The position numbers and the translations under genes are program-made. This document shows, in pieces, positions 13,726-28,530 of a stretch of DNA of 64,000 bases. The stretch comes from Eledone cirrhosa (Eukaryota), in contig OZ024743.1 in assembly GCA_964016885.1 (NCBI GenBank), positions 149,730,001 to 149,794,000 on the forward strand, read 5' to 3'. The notes below the pieces were generated by a model, which saw nothing but the letters and a program-made list of their open reading frames with translations, did no database searches and was not told the DNA's origin. Position 1 is the first letter of the stretch. The number at the start of each line of letters is the position of its first letter.

Positions 13726-13804
13726 TTTTATTGACACAAATACAGTGCGGTTAAGACGGGCAAAACTTCGCAACCACAGTCGCTTTCCGTTTTCATGTTT
13801 AAGT

Positions 13805-13980
13805 ATCGGGACAGGGTCGGGCGCCAGGCTTTGCAGCATAGAGTTACGGCCCTTTACGATCTGATTTCAAATACCGCCGAGGTTAACTTTGCCTTTCATC
13901 CTTACGGGGTCGATGAAATAAAGTACCAGTAATGTACTGGGTTTAATTGCTGGCCTTGTGCCTAAAGTAGAAACAATATT
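13805..13980 (+). mobile_element. SINE family 1, short variant
   Basis: Core followed directly by ...ctgggtttaattgctggccttgtgcctaaagtagaaac. Confidence 0.8.
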
Positions 13981-14359
13981 TAGAAGCCCTTTTGAACACG
14001 CGTGGCTTAATGGGTTGGGTGTTCGGCTCATGAGTTCGATTCCCATCCCCGTATGATTACCGGGTACTCCAGTAGTTCATGGGGTCAGCTATATTACAAA
14101 ATGTGTCACTCAGAATCCCCTTCAGAATCATATTAATTGTACATGTGTTTGTGGAATACTCAGCCACTTGCATAATATTCCTAAACAGAGTGTACCGTTC
14201 TTCGAACAACTAGAACACACATCCTCGCAACCGACCGAGGTCCACCTCATTCACACACATGTGTAGACACTCGTATTGAATCGTTTTTCTCGTTAAGTGT
14301 TATTTTTTTTTTATTTTATTTTATTTACTAACAATAGCTTCATATGTAATGAATATACA

Positions 14360-15900
14360 TATTTGCATACAGCCGAACATACATAGATATATACACACAC
14401 ACACACACACATACATGGATATATGCATACAGCCGAACATACATAGATATATACATACACACACACATACATGGATATATGCATACAGCCGAACATACAT
14501 AGATATATACATACACACACACATACATGGATATATGCATACAGCCGAACATACATAGATATATACATACACACACACATACATGGATATATGCATACAG
14601 CCGAACATACATAGATATATACATACACACACACATACATGGATATATGCATACAGCCGAACATACATAGATATATACATACACACACACATACATGGAT
14701 ATATGCATACAGCCGAACATACATAGATATATACACACACACACACACACATACATGGATATATGCATACAGCCGAACATACATAGATATATACATACAC
14801 ACACACATACATGGATATATGCATACAGCCGAACATACATAGATATATACATACACACACACATACATGGATATATGCATACAGCCGAACATACATAGAT
14901 ATATACACACACACACACACACATACATGGATATATGCATACAGCCGAACATACATAGATATATACATACACACACACATACATGGATATATGCATACAG
15001 CCGAACATACATAGATATATACATACACACACACATACATGGATATATGCATACAGCCGAACATACATAGATATATACATACACACACACATACATGGAT
15101 ATATGCATACAGCCGAACATACATAGATATATACATACACACATACACACATGCATAGATATATGCATACAGCCGAACATACATAGATATATACATACAC
15201 ACATACACACATGCATGCATGGATATATGCATACAGCCGAACATACATAGATAGATATATACATACACACATACATACATACATGCATGGATATATGCAT
15301 ACAGCCGAACATACATAGATATATACATACACACACACATACATATATGGATATATGCATACAGTATAACATACATACATAAATGTATATATATACACAC
15401 ACACACGCACACATGCATACATGGATATATGCATTCAAACGTACAAACATAGATATATACATACACACACACATACATACATGGATATATGCATACAAAC
15501 GAACATACATAGATAGTTATATACATACACACACACATACATACATACATGTATATATGCATACAGCCGAACATGCATACATAGATATATACATACAGTC
15601 GAACATATATAGATAGATATATACATACACATACATACATACATGGATATATGCATACAGTCGAACATACATACATAAATGTATATATATATATATATAT
15701 ATACACACGCGCGCACACATGCATACATGGATATATGCATTCAGACAAACGTACATACATAGATACACACACACACACACACACACATACATACATGTAT
15801 ATATGCATACAGCGGAACATACATACATAGATATATACATACACCTACACACACATACATACATGTATATATGGATATAGACGAACATACATACATAGAT
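14360..15900. repeat. Minisatellite, ~56-bp unit (dimer of two ~28-bp subunits)
   Basis: AGCCGAAC recurs at 14431, 14487 and onward (period 56, occasionally 60). Unit is CATACAGCCGAACATACATAGATATATA + CATACACACACACATACATGGATATATG. Confidence 0.95.
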
Positions 15901-17580
15901 ATATACACAGACGCACACATACATACATTCATGTATATATACATACAGACAAACATACATTCATGTATATATACATACAGACAAACATACATACATGTAT
16001 ATATACATACATGTATATATACATACAGACAAACATACATACATGTATATATACATACAGACAAACATACATTCATGGATATGTACATACAGACAAACAT
16101 ACATTCATGTATATATACATACAGACAAACATACGTTCATGTATATATACATACAGACAAACATACATACATGTATATATACATACATACATGTATATAT
16201 ATATACAGACAATCATACATACATGTATATATACATACAGACAAACATACATTCATGGATATATACATTCATGGATATATACAGACAGACAAACATACAT
16301 GCATGTATATATACATACATACAAACATACATGCATGTATATATATACATACAGACAAACATACATGTATGTATATATACATACAGACAAACATACATTC
16401 ATGGATATATACATACAGACAAACATACATACATGTATATATACATACAGACAAACATACATTCATGGATATATACATACAGACAAACATACATACATGT
16501 ATATATACAGACAGACAAACATACATGCATGTATATATACATACAGACAAACATACATTCATGGATATATACATACAGACAAACATACATTCATGGATAT
16601 ATACAGACAGACAAACATACATGCATGTATATATACATACAGACAAACATACATGCATGTATATATACATACAGACAAACATACATGTATGTATATATAC
16701 ATACAGACAAACATGCATTCATGGATATATACATACAGACAAACATACATACATGTATATATACATACAGACAAACATACATTCATGTATATATACATAC
16801 AGACAAACATACATACATGTATATATACATACAGACAAACATACATACATGTATATATACATACAGACAAACATACATTCATGTATATATACATACAGAC
16901 AAACATACATGCATGTATATATACATACAGACAAACATACATTCATGGATATATACATACAGACAAACATACATACATGGATATATACATACAGACAAAC
17001 ATACATTCATGGATATATACATACAGACAAACATACATACATGTATATATACAGACAGACAAACATACATGCATGTATATATACATACAGACAAACATAC
17101 ATTCATGTATATATACATACAGACAAACATACATACATGTATATATACATACAGACAAACATACATTCATGGATATATACATACAGACAAACATACATAC
17201 ATGGATATATACATACAGAGAAACATACATTCATGTATATATATACATACAGACAAACATACATTCATGTATATATACATACAGACAAACATACATTCAT
17301 GGATATATACATACAGACAAACATACATTCATGGATATATACATACAGACAAACATACATACATGTATATATACATACAGACAAACATACATACATGGAT
17401 ATATACATACAGACAAACATACATTCATGTATATATATACATACAGACAAACATACATTCATGTATATATACATACAGACAAACATACATTCATGGATAT
17501 ATACATACAGACAAACATACATTCATGGATATATACATACAGACAAAAATACATTCATGGATATATACATACATACATGC
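15900..17580. repeat. Minisatellite, 32-bp unit CATACAGACAAACATACATTCATGGATATATA
   Basis: ATACAGACAA recurs at 16381, 16413 and onward; roughly 50 copies. Confidence 0.95.
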
Positions 17581-17668
17581 ATACAAATATGCATGTACGA
17601 ATATAGTCATATGGACATACATACATACGTCTAAATGAGTGTGTGTGTGTGAGTGAGTGTGTCAGTGT

Positions 17669-17732
<64 letters not shown>

Positions 17733-18187
17733 TGTGTGTGAGTGTATCGGTGTGTGTGTAAGCTTAGCTTTCACTTTAGAAAGTTGTCTAAGTTTGCGAA
17801 TCGATTTTGCTCTACGGAAACTGTGCGTGTGTGTATGTACACGACGCGCGCGCGTGTTTATGTTTACAGCATTGACCAGCATGCCTGCAGACCAGTAAAG
17901 AAAATGAGTAAAACTATAACAGAAAATATTGTGTGTCGGAGGTGGGGAAGGCACGGGATTGTTCGTATGTATATATATATATATATATATATATCGAGAC
18001 ACTGCATCCTTTAAGGCCTCCATGCTTACCGAGATCCTCCAACACTACAGCTAACACATACACACATGTACTTCCCTGACATTTGTGTATTATTCTATGT
18101 ACTATACATACACCTTTGACGAGTTGTAGTGCACCTGAGCACTTTACACAATAATTTCATTATTATTCATTATTTTATTATATATAT

Positions 18188-18428
18188 ATACGATATTAAC
18201 AAATGGAAACTATATTTATAAAACCATATTTATTTCATTATACATATTTCAAAGCACACCATAATCTAACTTGGTGTCCTTGAAATATGTATAATGAAAT
18301 AAATATGGTTTTATAAATATAGTTTCCATTTGTTAATATCGTATTTTTACTCCAATTATTTGTTGAGTGCTTTATATCAGTTATAAAAATATTTGCTTGT
18401 TGTATCCCAACAATGTAAATAGAATTTC

Positions 18429-18432
<4 letters not shown>
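18188..18432 (+). mobile_element. Family B foldback element
   Basis: Perfect 65-bp arms at 18188-18252 and 18280-18344 around an imperfect hairpin equivalent to stem II of the hammerhead at 35197-35259; (TA)n flanks. Confidence 0.75.
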
Positions 18433-18461
<29 letters not shown>

Positions 18462-18466
<5 letters not shown>

Positions 18467-18650
18467 AACCAGTAAGACCCCGACAGCTGAGCTCAAGCCG
18501 TTTCGACGGCTAATTCTGAATTAGCCGTCGAAACGGCTTGAGCTCAGCTGTCGGGGTCTTACTGGTTCCTATTACCCACTCTACTACCTCAAGTATTGAG
18601 TACTTTGGTGCGTTATGGTCCACCTGGTTCCTTACCACATTTCCTTCGTT
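18462..18650 (+). mobile_element. Family A foldback element, copy 5
   Basis: Perfect 55-bp arms at 18462-18516 and 18518-18572 with a 1-nt loop; (TA)n on both sides. Confidence 0.78.
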
Positions 18651-18769
18651 ATATATATATATATATATAGATGAGATTCTACAGGACTAGAACTGTTTCA
18701 TTCTTTATACTCTGCAATGTATTGAGTACCTTACTTACTGTGAATACCTCCGATTCAACCCGGAATAAC

Positions 18770-18806
<37 letters not shown>

Positions 18807-18809
<3 letters not shown>

Positions 18810-19157
18810 GTGGTAGTGTAGTGACCCCACTCGGTCACGAATGACCATGGTTTTGCACCTAGAAAGTTTCCCTCTGAGGCACAAGCCTGGGCAAGGTTTG
18901 TTTTTTGTGGAAGACCAGTAGTCATCCATGTATACCAGTCTCCCCTCTCCACGCCACCGATGTTGTCCAAGGGAAAGGCAATGGCCGATACAGCTTGGCA
19001 CCAGTGACGTCGCAACTCATTTCTACAGCTGAGTAAACTGGAGCAACGTGAAATAAAGTGTCTTGCTCAAAGACATAACGCATCACCCGGTCTGAGAATC
19101 GAACTCACAACCTCTCAATTGCAAGCCCAATGCTCTAACCACTAAGCCATGCGCCTT
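18807..19157 (-). mobile_element. Near full-length tRNA-derived SINE (family 2)
   Basis: Minus strand reads GGCGCATGGCTTAGTGGTTAGAGC (A box)...GAGTTCGATTCTC (B box), then GTCTTTGAGCAAGACACTT core and a short-repeat 3' tail. Confidence 0.8.
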
Positions 19158-19197
<40 letters not shown>

Positions 19198-19204
19198 CAC
19201 ATAC

Positions 19205-19236
<32 letters not shown>

Positions 19237-19416
19237 CTGTGTGTGTGATACCTATTATATTATAATTATGCATATATATATAAGTATATATTACATCTAT
19301 GTATATTTTATGTACATTCACACACACACACACATATATATAAGAAAAAGCAAAAAACGAGATGTGCTAGACGGGTGAAAAGAAAGGAAAAGAAATCGAA
19401 AATGCGACTAAGTCAT

Positions 19417-19460
19417 TTTACTTTTGAAAAGCATAAGAACTGTGAAACCGGTAAAGGAAA
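19417..19460 (+). ncRNA. Degenerate hammerhead-like motif
   Basis: TTTACTT-TTGAAAA (two transitions from CTGAAGA)-GCATAAGAACTGT-GAAAC-CG-GT-A-AAGGAAA. Palindromic ACCGGT, AATAAA immediately downstream. Confidence 0.45.
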
Positions 19461-19507
19461 TAAATAAATATTCTTAAAAAGACTCCAGTTGCATTTTGAT
19501 TTCTTTT

Positions 19508-19577
<70 letters not shown>

Positions 19578-19581
<4 letters not shown>

Positions 19582-19637
19582 CTCTTTTACCCTTTTACCT
19601 GTTTCAGCCATCCGGCTGAGGCCATGCTGGGGCACCG

Positions 19638-19641
<4 letters not shown>
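19578..19641 (-). mobile_element. Isolated 3' tail of the CR1/L2-like LINE (or partner SINE) in (TA)n
   Basis: cttttacctgtttcagccatccggctgaggccatgctggggcaccgccct is nearly identical to 31364-31413. Confidence 0.75.
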
Positions 19642-19681
<40 letters not shown>

Positions 19682-19721
19682 ATATATATATATATATATC
19701 TCTATATATATATATAATATA

Positions 19722-19810
19722 ATTGTTTCTACTTTAGGCACAAGGCCAGCAATTACCCAGTGCATTACTGGTACTTTATTTTATCGACCCCGTAAGGATG
19801 AAAGGCAAAT
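19722..19810 (-). mobile_element. SINE family 1, short variant, 5'-truncated
   Basis: Nearly identical to 53684-53770 and to the reverse complement of 25270-25358. Confidence 0.85.
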
Positions 19811-19924
19811 AATATAATATAATATAATATATATATATATAATGTGTGTGTGTTTGTGAGTGTGTGTGTATATACCCGTCCATCCATACTATACATATAT
19901 ATACACACACGTCCATACTATATA

Positions 19925-19952
<28 letters not shown>

Positions 19953-19955
<3 letters not shown>

Positions 19956-20139
19956 GGAGAAAGTATGACCCCGACGGCAGAGCTCAAGCCATTTCGACAG
20001 CTAGTCCAGAAATAGCCGTCGTAACGGCTTGAGCTCTGCCGTCGGGGTCATACTTTCTCCTATTACTCACTCTACTACTCTAAGTATTAAGTAGTCTGGT
20101 GCGTTATGGTCCATCTGGTTCCTTACCACAACTCCTTCG

Positions 20140-20141
<2 letters not shown>
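19953..20141 (+). mobile_element. Family A foldback element, copy 6
   Basis: 51-bp arms at 19953-20003 and 20013-20063 (about 3 mismatches); (TA)n on both sides. Confidence 0.75.
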
Positions 20142-20236
<95 letters not shown>

Positions 20237-20492
20237 TGTGAGCATGGCAAATTCTGTGACATTTTGTTATCTGCACTACTCGGTTGTTTCATTCAAATTG
20301 TTAAACTCATAGCACCGATTACCTGTTGTATTCTTGAGCACCGTTATGTATTAAATATCTCGCATAAGTATATATAATGTGTTCATAACATATCCACATG
20401 TATATATACATATATACATGTGGATATGTATATAAATATATTTATCTGAATACATGTATATAGAGATTTTCTGATATATATTTATGTATATG

Positions 20493-20525
<33 letters not shown>

Positions 20526-20566
20526 GTGTGTGTATGTACGTATATATGTGTGTATGTACGTATGTA

Positions 20567-20619
<53 letters not shown>

Positions 20620-20732
20620 ATATGTAAATGTATTTATATGAATATATATGTATGTAAGTATGTATGTAAATGTATCTATATGAATATATTTATGTATGTA
20701 TGTATGTAAATGTATCTATATAAATGTATACG

Positions 20733-20907
<175 letters not shown>

Positions 20908-20908
20908 T

Positions 20909-20955
<47 letters not shown>

Positions 20956-20956
20956 T

Positions 20957-20991
<35 letters not shown>

Positions 20992-21032
20992 TTATAAATA
21001 TATATATATATATATATACTTATATATATATT

Positions 21033-21077
<45 letters not shown>

Positions 21078-21082
21078 TTATA

Positions 21083-21117
<35 letters not shown>

Positions 21118-21306
21118 TTATATATATTTATAAATATATAAATATATATTTATAAATATATATATATATATTTATAAATATATATATATATATATATATC
21201 TTATATATATACATACATACATATATATGCATCTATATATACATATATATGCATCTATATATACATATATATGCTTCTATATAAATATATATGTATAAAT
21301 ATATAG

Positions 21307-21344
<38 letters not shown>

Positions 21345-21460
21345 TTAAGGATACTATTTATGGTTATGTATATACTAAAACTTTTTATAGTTATATATAT
21401 TTTAAACCCTAAACAGTGAAAGACAGTAATTTATTACTACCTTATTACCAGTAAGATAAA

Positions 21461-21498
21461 TAGCTCCATGTAATAACATCAGAAACAATTGTAAGCTA
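21461..21498 (+). ncRNA. Degenerate hammerhead-like motif with damaged CUGAnGA box
   Basis: TAGCT-cc-ATGT-AATA-ACAT-ca-GAAAC-AATT-GT-A-AGCTA then AATAAA. Stem I TAGCT/AGCTA, palindromic ACAATTGT. Confidence 0.4.
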
Positions 21499-21531
21499 AT
21501 AAATGGTTTGAACAGAACTTTGATTCATGTG

Positions 21532-21602
<71 letters not shown>

Positions 21603-21604
<2 letters not shown>

Positions 21605-21816
21605 AATGGAATAGAATGAAACGAAATTTCATTTCTCACTCTTAATACGGCACTTACTTAAATGTAAGTATGTATGTATGTATGTATGTATACGTACATA
21701 CATATATATATACAGACGTACAGTAGTATATATATATATATACACACATGCACACATATATATATGCACGTATCGGTTTACCGAACATTTATTATAATGC
21801 TCGGTTTGTTCGTTTG

Positions 21817-21820
<4 letters not shown>
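21603..21820 (-). mobile_element. Family D 3' fragment
   Basis: Reverse complement of 12535-12725; (TA)n on both sides. Confidence 0.7.
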
Positions 21821-21857
<37 letters not shown>

Positions 21858-21993
21858 CTCTGTGTGTGTATGTATGTACACTCTCACCAAGCGTGAAGCT
21901 AATAACAGTATGTTCTATTGCCTCCTGCGTTTGTTTGTTTGTCCTTTTGAAGTATATATATATATATATATATATATTGTGCGTGTGTGTGTG

Positions 21994-22074
<81 letters not shown>

Positions 22075-22656
22075 AGACATTTATATAATAATTTAGTTCA
22101 TACGTTGATACGTGTATAGATATATGTGCGCCCCCAACCCCATGTGTGTGTGCGTATACAATATTTTTAACTTGAAGTTGTCAAATTTTAATTCAGTCTT
22201 TCGTATGTTGATACATTTTCTACATACGTGAAGTGAACGTTTTGTCTCTGCTTATTTAATCATATGCTTTTGTATTTGAAGTGTAGCCGTGTGATACAAG
22301 AAGTCGAATGTGTGTATATATGCGTGGACATATGTGTATATTTCCACATATGTGTGTGTGTGTGTGTGTGACTGTGTGCATGCGTAACTCTATTATCTAC
22401 GCACGTGTGTGTGTCTGTGTGTGCATGCGCAACTATTAACTACGCACGTGTATGTATATACATATATATATATCACGCACAAACACTTATATAATTTATA
22501 TATATATATATGTTTGTTTGTGTGTGTGTGTGTGATGTATACAGACACACCGTTTGTTGTATGCTTCTTTTTGTTATTAATTGAACTATCAATCAATAAT
22601 TTAATGAAAAAACACGTTCCCTCACAGGGCATCACGTCAAAAATCTTGTTAAACAA

Positions 22657-22689
<33 letters not shown>

Positions 22690-22732
22690 CATACACACAT
22701 ACACACACATATATATATATATATATATACAT

Positions 22733-22793
<61 letters not shown>

Positions 22794-22889
22794 CACACAG
22801 AAAATAATTGTCTTCCCCAAATATTTGTTTCATATTCGTTTTGTCCTTTTACTAGTGTTTATATCTGACTGATTCCTCACTTACTTTTC

Positions 22890-24570
22890 CTCATTAGTCG
22901 ATAAAATAAAGTACCCGTCAAGATCTGGGTGTCGATTTAATCAACCTCCCCTCTCTTCAAATTGCTGGCCTTGTGCCTATAGTAGAAATTATCATTATTT
23001 TTATCATTATCCCCATGTTCTATGTTTAGATTTAGCCAGGATCCACTCTCAATAAAAGAGATATTAGTCAAATATGTAGTCAGCTATTTCCATCACATCC
23101 TATCTCAACATATCTAAACATAGGGCTTGGTAAGATGTAGTACCAGTTAAGTACTTGAGTAGATGTATTCTTCTGATCACCTCCTCATAATTTTCTGACC
23201 GTATGTCTGTCTGTGTTAGGAACAATTATTGTTATCTTTGTCTCCCACCCGTGAACTTTAATGGTTTTGTATTTATTTTGCTCCCATACCAGATAAAATA
23301 GTCACTTTTGGTAATTTGCATGGCAGTATCGTTAGGTACTGAATAAAATCTATTGCAGCATTTAGTTATCGATACAAGTATAGCTGGTTGTTTACAAGTT
23401 CACACCACAATTATGAGGTTCTAGGTTCAAACTCCCTGCTAGGTATGCTTGGCGAATGTCTGTCTATTCATGAAGTCCATTCAATGGATTCTGCCTTTAA
23501 TTCAAAGTGTCAGACTTGTCACACATTCTCTGAGAATTAGGTTAAGGATATATGTGGCTGTGGAATATGTACTTAAAGAATTGGCTGGATGACTCATCGT
23601 CGAAACCAACTGAGATCCTACTTTATTTAGTTACGGCTCTTTGCGATCGAAGTTCTAATAATATTGAGTTCAAATCCTGTCGAGGTTAGCTTTGCTTTTC
23701 ATCCTTACGGGGTCGATATAATAAAGTACCAGTAATGCATTAGGGTCGATTTAATCGACTTTCCCCTTCCCTAAAATTGTTGGCCTTGTGCCTAAATCAG
23801 AAACCAATATTACTGAGATAGAAATTGTCATTCATCTTCCCAGTAACGATAACAGTCAAATACTGGTTAGATTAAGTCAAATAGACCCACACCTCTTACC
23901 CCACTGGAAATACAAATTAGAAAGAGTACAGTATTTATTCATGGTTCAAACTGAGCTGGTGTCATCTTCGCTTTCACTCTTTCGGATCGATAAAGAAAGT
24001 ATCGGTCAGTTAATGAGATCGATATTGTCGACTGTTTCTTGTTCTGAATTATGTGGCCTTGTGCCTAACCTGAGTAGAAATTGGAACCTAAATCCCTTTA
24101 CGATCTCTGTTTAAATATCCTCGGGGCTGGCTTTTCTTTTTTGTTTTTAGTCGCTATGTACCAGTCAAGTACTGAGGTTGATTTAGTCGACCCTTCACAC
24201 ACATACGCCGTCATATTTCCGGACTTGGGCCTTTGTAAGAAATCATTAATATATGAACGGATAAAAGTATCAGCCAAGTTCTGAAGTTGATTTAATTGAC
24301 TGTCTTTCCCCATTACATGTCTGACCCTGTGTCATATGTTAGAAACTGTTACTATAATTATTAATTGGCAGAATAGTTAGAGTCGGACAAACTGCTTTGC
24401 GATATTTCGTTACATCGTTGTTTTACGTTTTTATTTCAAATCCCGCCAAAATTAACCTTGCCTTTCATCCTTCCGGGATTAATAAACTAAAGTACCAGTC
24501 AAGTCTATTTAATCGACTATCCCACCCCACTAAAATTGCTGGCCTTGCGCCTAAGTTAAAATAATAATTA
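22890..24570 (+). mobile_element. Cluster of same-orientation SINE family 1 copies and fragments
   Basis: Core or tail motifs at about 22895-22995, 23620-23810, 23970-24080, 24150-24240, 24270-24350 and 24365-24570. Confidence 0.7.
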
Positions 24571-25247
24571 CTGGTATTAGCGACGGTTATGAAGTGAACT
24601 ATACACAACCAGGAAGCAAAACCACCACATAGACTCGATTCGCCGAGAGCTCCTACCTAATTTTTTCTTTCTTTCTTTGCAACGCAGACATATAAATATA
24701 AAACAAGGCAAAAAGTATTACGGAACACACACAAAAAAAAAAGAAGAAAAAAAAAAAGGAGGCTGTGACATTGTTTACGTGAAGTATAGACTATGGCAGA
24801 AATGATGAAGTATTCACACGCACACACACAGACACATACAGTGGCGAGGCAAGCAGTGAGCCTCTACGCGGTTACTCCACTTACTAAAAATAGCAGCCAA
24901 ATCTCACCTTTCAAATCTTATCTATTTATATATTGGATATATTGTCGAAGAAGAAAAGGATGAAATGACCAAAGCTAGCCACAAGATAAGCAACAACAAC
25001 AATACACACCCGTACATATATTTATAGACATAATAATGTCTGTGGTGTTTTTACCATCAGTTCAAATCTCTACATCATTTTCCCCCTTCAGAGTTCGTGT
25101 GCCCTAGTGTTTAGAAAGAACAATAAAATGATTCTGAAACCTCAGTTGTAACACTGGGATTTTGTGAGGCTCATTCCTTTTCCAATGTTCCTATATAACG
25201 TATAATCCTTTTTTTTTTTTTAGTCTCTAATTATATTTTATTATCTG

Positions 25248-25360
25248 TTCAAATCCCGCCGAGGTTGACTTTGCCTTTCATCCTTACGGGGTCGATAAAA
25301 TAAAGTACCAGTAATGCACTGGGTAATTGCTGGCCTTGTGCCTAAAGTAGAAACAATTAT
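25248..25360 (+). mobile_element. SINE family 1, short variant
   Basis: gttcaaatcccgccgaggttgactttgcctttcatccttacggggtcgataaaataaagtaccagtaatgcactgggtaattgctggcc. Confidence 0.85.
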
Positions 25361-25689
25361 CTGTTATATATGTTATATTATGTCACAGATGGAAATATAA
25401 AAAAAAAAAAGATAAAACAGAATTTAGTAATGAAAAAGAAAGGGGGGAAGGTGTAATGAAGGGCAGCTCTGGTTGCATAGGAGAGTAAATAAAAGGTCTA
25501 TTAATGCCATAAATGAGAAGAAAAGGAGGAAAAGAGCTGTCTGCGGTTTAATCGATCATATCGATCTCAGTACTCATTTTAGTTTGAGTTATTATTTTTT
25601 TGGGGGGTGGGGGGTGGAAGGGGGGATTTCTGTTTGTCAATCTGATAAGTTACAGAGCGACACTTGATTTTATTTACACCTGTGCAAAT

Positions 25690-25910
25690 ATAATCACAGG
25701 CACGGACATATGCGCACATGCACAATCACATACACACAAATACGCTCACACATGCATACACGATGCGCTTCTGGGATAGTTCTGCCTACCAAATTACACT
25801 CACAAGGGATAACCCGAAGCTATAGTATGACACAATTATCCAATGTGCAGCGCAGTGGGATCGAACCAAGAACCACGCGGTAGTGAAGCGAAGTTCTTAA
25901 CAACACTATC
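25690..25910 (-). mobile_element. tRNA-derived SINE family 3, decayed
   Basis: Minus strand reads gtgttgttaagaacttcgcttcactaccgcgtggttcttGGTTCGATCCCactgcg. Confidence 0.6.
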
Positions 25911-25934
25911 AAATTATAAGTGAAATAGTATTGA

Positions 25935-26310
25935 TCTCTAATTTAGGCACAAGACTAGCAATTTATTTGGGAAAGGCAAAGTTGATTAAACCGATCCAGT
26001 ACTTGACTGGTACTTTATTTTATCGACTCCGGAAGAGTAACAGTTGAAGCTGACCTCGTTGGTATTTGAACTCAAAATATAAAGAGCCAGAGCATATTCC
26101 ACTATGGCATTTTGTCCAACATTCTACCAATTCTGCCAATCCACGATCCTTGTAAAAGAAATAATATTGGTTTCTGATTTAGGCACAAGGCGAACAATTT
26201 TGGGGAGAAGGGGAAGTCAATTAAATCGACCCCAGTGCATTACTGGTACTTTATGTTATCGACCTTGTAAGGATGAAAGGCAAAGCTAACCTCGGCAGGA
26301 TTTGAACTCT
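25935..26310 (-). mobile_element. Two tandem SINE family 1 copies
   Basis: Tail and core repeated at about 25935-26145 and 26165-26310. Confidence 0.75.
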
Positions 26311-27062
26311 ATGCCATAAAGCAGGGTAACTCAATTGATACAAATGATCCATTATTACACTGGTTATTAAAATGATTACAAAAAAAAAAAATAAAACAAC
26401 ACATTTTTATTGTAATGTTCTCATTATGAAATAAATAAATAAATAAAAATGTGATAAATAACCGAATTAATTTTTTATTTAATGATAGTTTGTGAGAATC
26501 GTGCTTTTTTCTAATGATTTTTAGTCCCAAGTCAGTCCTGATTCAAGAGGCCTAACATCAAATGCGTTCCATCATATTAAAGAAGGTAGGGCATGGTTTG
26601 TGGAAAATACAGTTATAACGCGCGCGTATACATACACATAGTAGCTACAATAGGAAGTGGGGGTCAACCGATATATCGATATTCAAAAAGGGACTTGTGA
26701 ATATCTGGTGTTACCCTTTCAAAAACCTTTCAGTCCCCCTCGAATATTTAGAGGAGCTCCCAACCTTACCCCTCCGAGACTCGAAAACAATCTTGTTCCG
26801 CTTTGCAAAATTTCTCTGTGGTCCGCGCGCGCAAACGTACAGACACAAACAAACAAACACACACACACACAAACTCACTCGCCCTCTCTCCCCCTTCTCT
26901 CTCTCACACACATACACACTCATAGAGATGAGTATGGAATGTCGGGGTGTTTTTTTGTATAAAGTTCGACGTTGTAGACCCCCACTCCGCCTGCCTTTTC
27001 TCTTTTCTTTGTTATTATTCTCCTTAATTTGTCCACGCTAAGTCTATTTTGTTTTTTATTTG

Positions 27063-27679
<617 letters not shown>

Positions 27680-28109
27680 TCCTTGTGGACCTTCATTTGT
27701 TTTTCTCCATTTTTCCCTTCCGTTTTGTTTCCAGCAATTTGTTCCCGTTTCCTCGAAAAATACTTCACTTTCTCGTTCCCCACCTTTTTTTAAAAATTTC
27801 TTTAGACTTTTTTATTTATTTCTCTATTTAGACTCTATTGATTTATCTATAGTAAACTTTTAAGTTTATTTATTTGTTTTGAATAATACATTTTCAAATC
27901 TATTTTTTAATATTCACGTCTTTTGTTACTTTATTTCATTACAATATCTTGTTTTAATTATTATATCATTTTTATTAAATTTTCAACCATTCTATTGTAT
28001 AGCATCCTAATCACACACACACACGCACACACACACATATATAGGTCCAGCTCCACATTTAACTATATTTTTATAACATTTTATAACATTTATGGCTATT
28101 AAATGAAAC

Positions 28110-28530
28110 GATTGGCACAATTGGTAGAGCATCGCATAAAATATTTACACTATTTGTTCCAGCTTTTTACATTCTGAGTTCATAGCCACCCGGAGTTAGT
28201 TTTGTTTTTCATCCTTACGGGGTCGTTAAAATAAGTACCAGTATCGCACTGGTGTCGATTTAACCGACACTCTCCTTCCCCCAAATTGTTGGCTTTGTGC
28301 CTATAGTAGAAATTATTATTAAGGGGGTCGATAAGTACTATTGGTTGGATGTCGGCCAAAAGGCTTTGGTGGTGTTTAGTTACGACTTTCTACATTCTGA
28401 GTTCAAATCTCGCCAAAATCATCATTTCCCTTTATCCATACGGAGTCGAAAAAATTAAGTACCAGTTACGTACGGAGATCGATATAATTTACTTTCTCCT
28501 TCCCTCAATTTGCTGGTCTTGTTAGAATTA
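28110..28530 (+). mobile_element. Two tandem SINE family 1 copies
   Basis: ttggcacaattggtagagc head with ttcatccttacggggtcg core; a second decayed copy starts at about 28370. Confidence 0.7.

Noticed and set aside
14360-17580. CRISPR-like regular repeats
   Set aside because: Head-to-tail tandem units with no unique spacers, no cas genes, and eukaryotic context.
14311-17638. Long ORFs of 360-590 aa with repeated YIHTDKHT or VCMYIS motifs
   Set aside because: Minisatellite read-through in all frames; unit lengths of 56 and 32 are not multiples of 3.
26640-27040. Overlapping ~100-aa ORFs in CpG-containing sequence
   Set aside because: No recognisable domain, includes CA/CT microsatellite, and has no clear splice structure.
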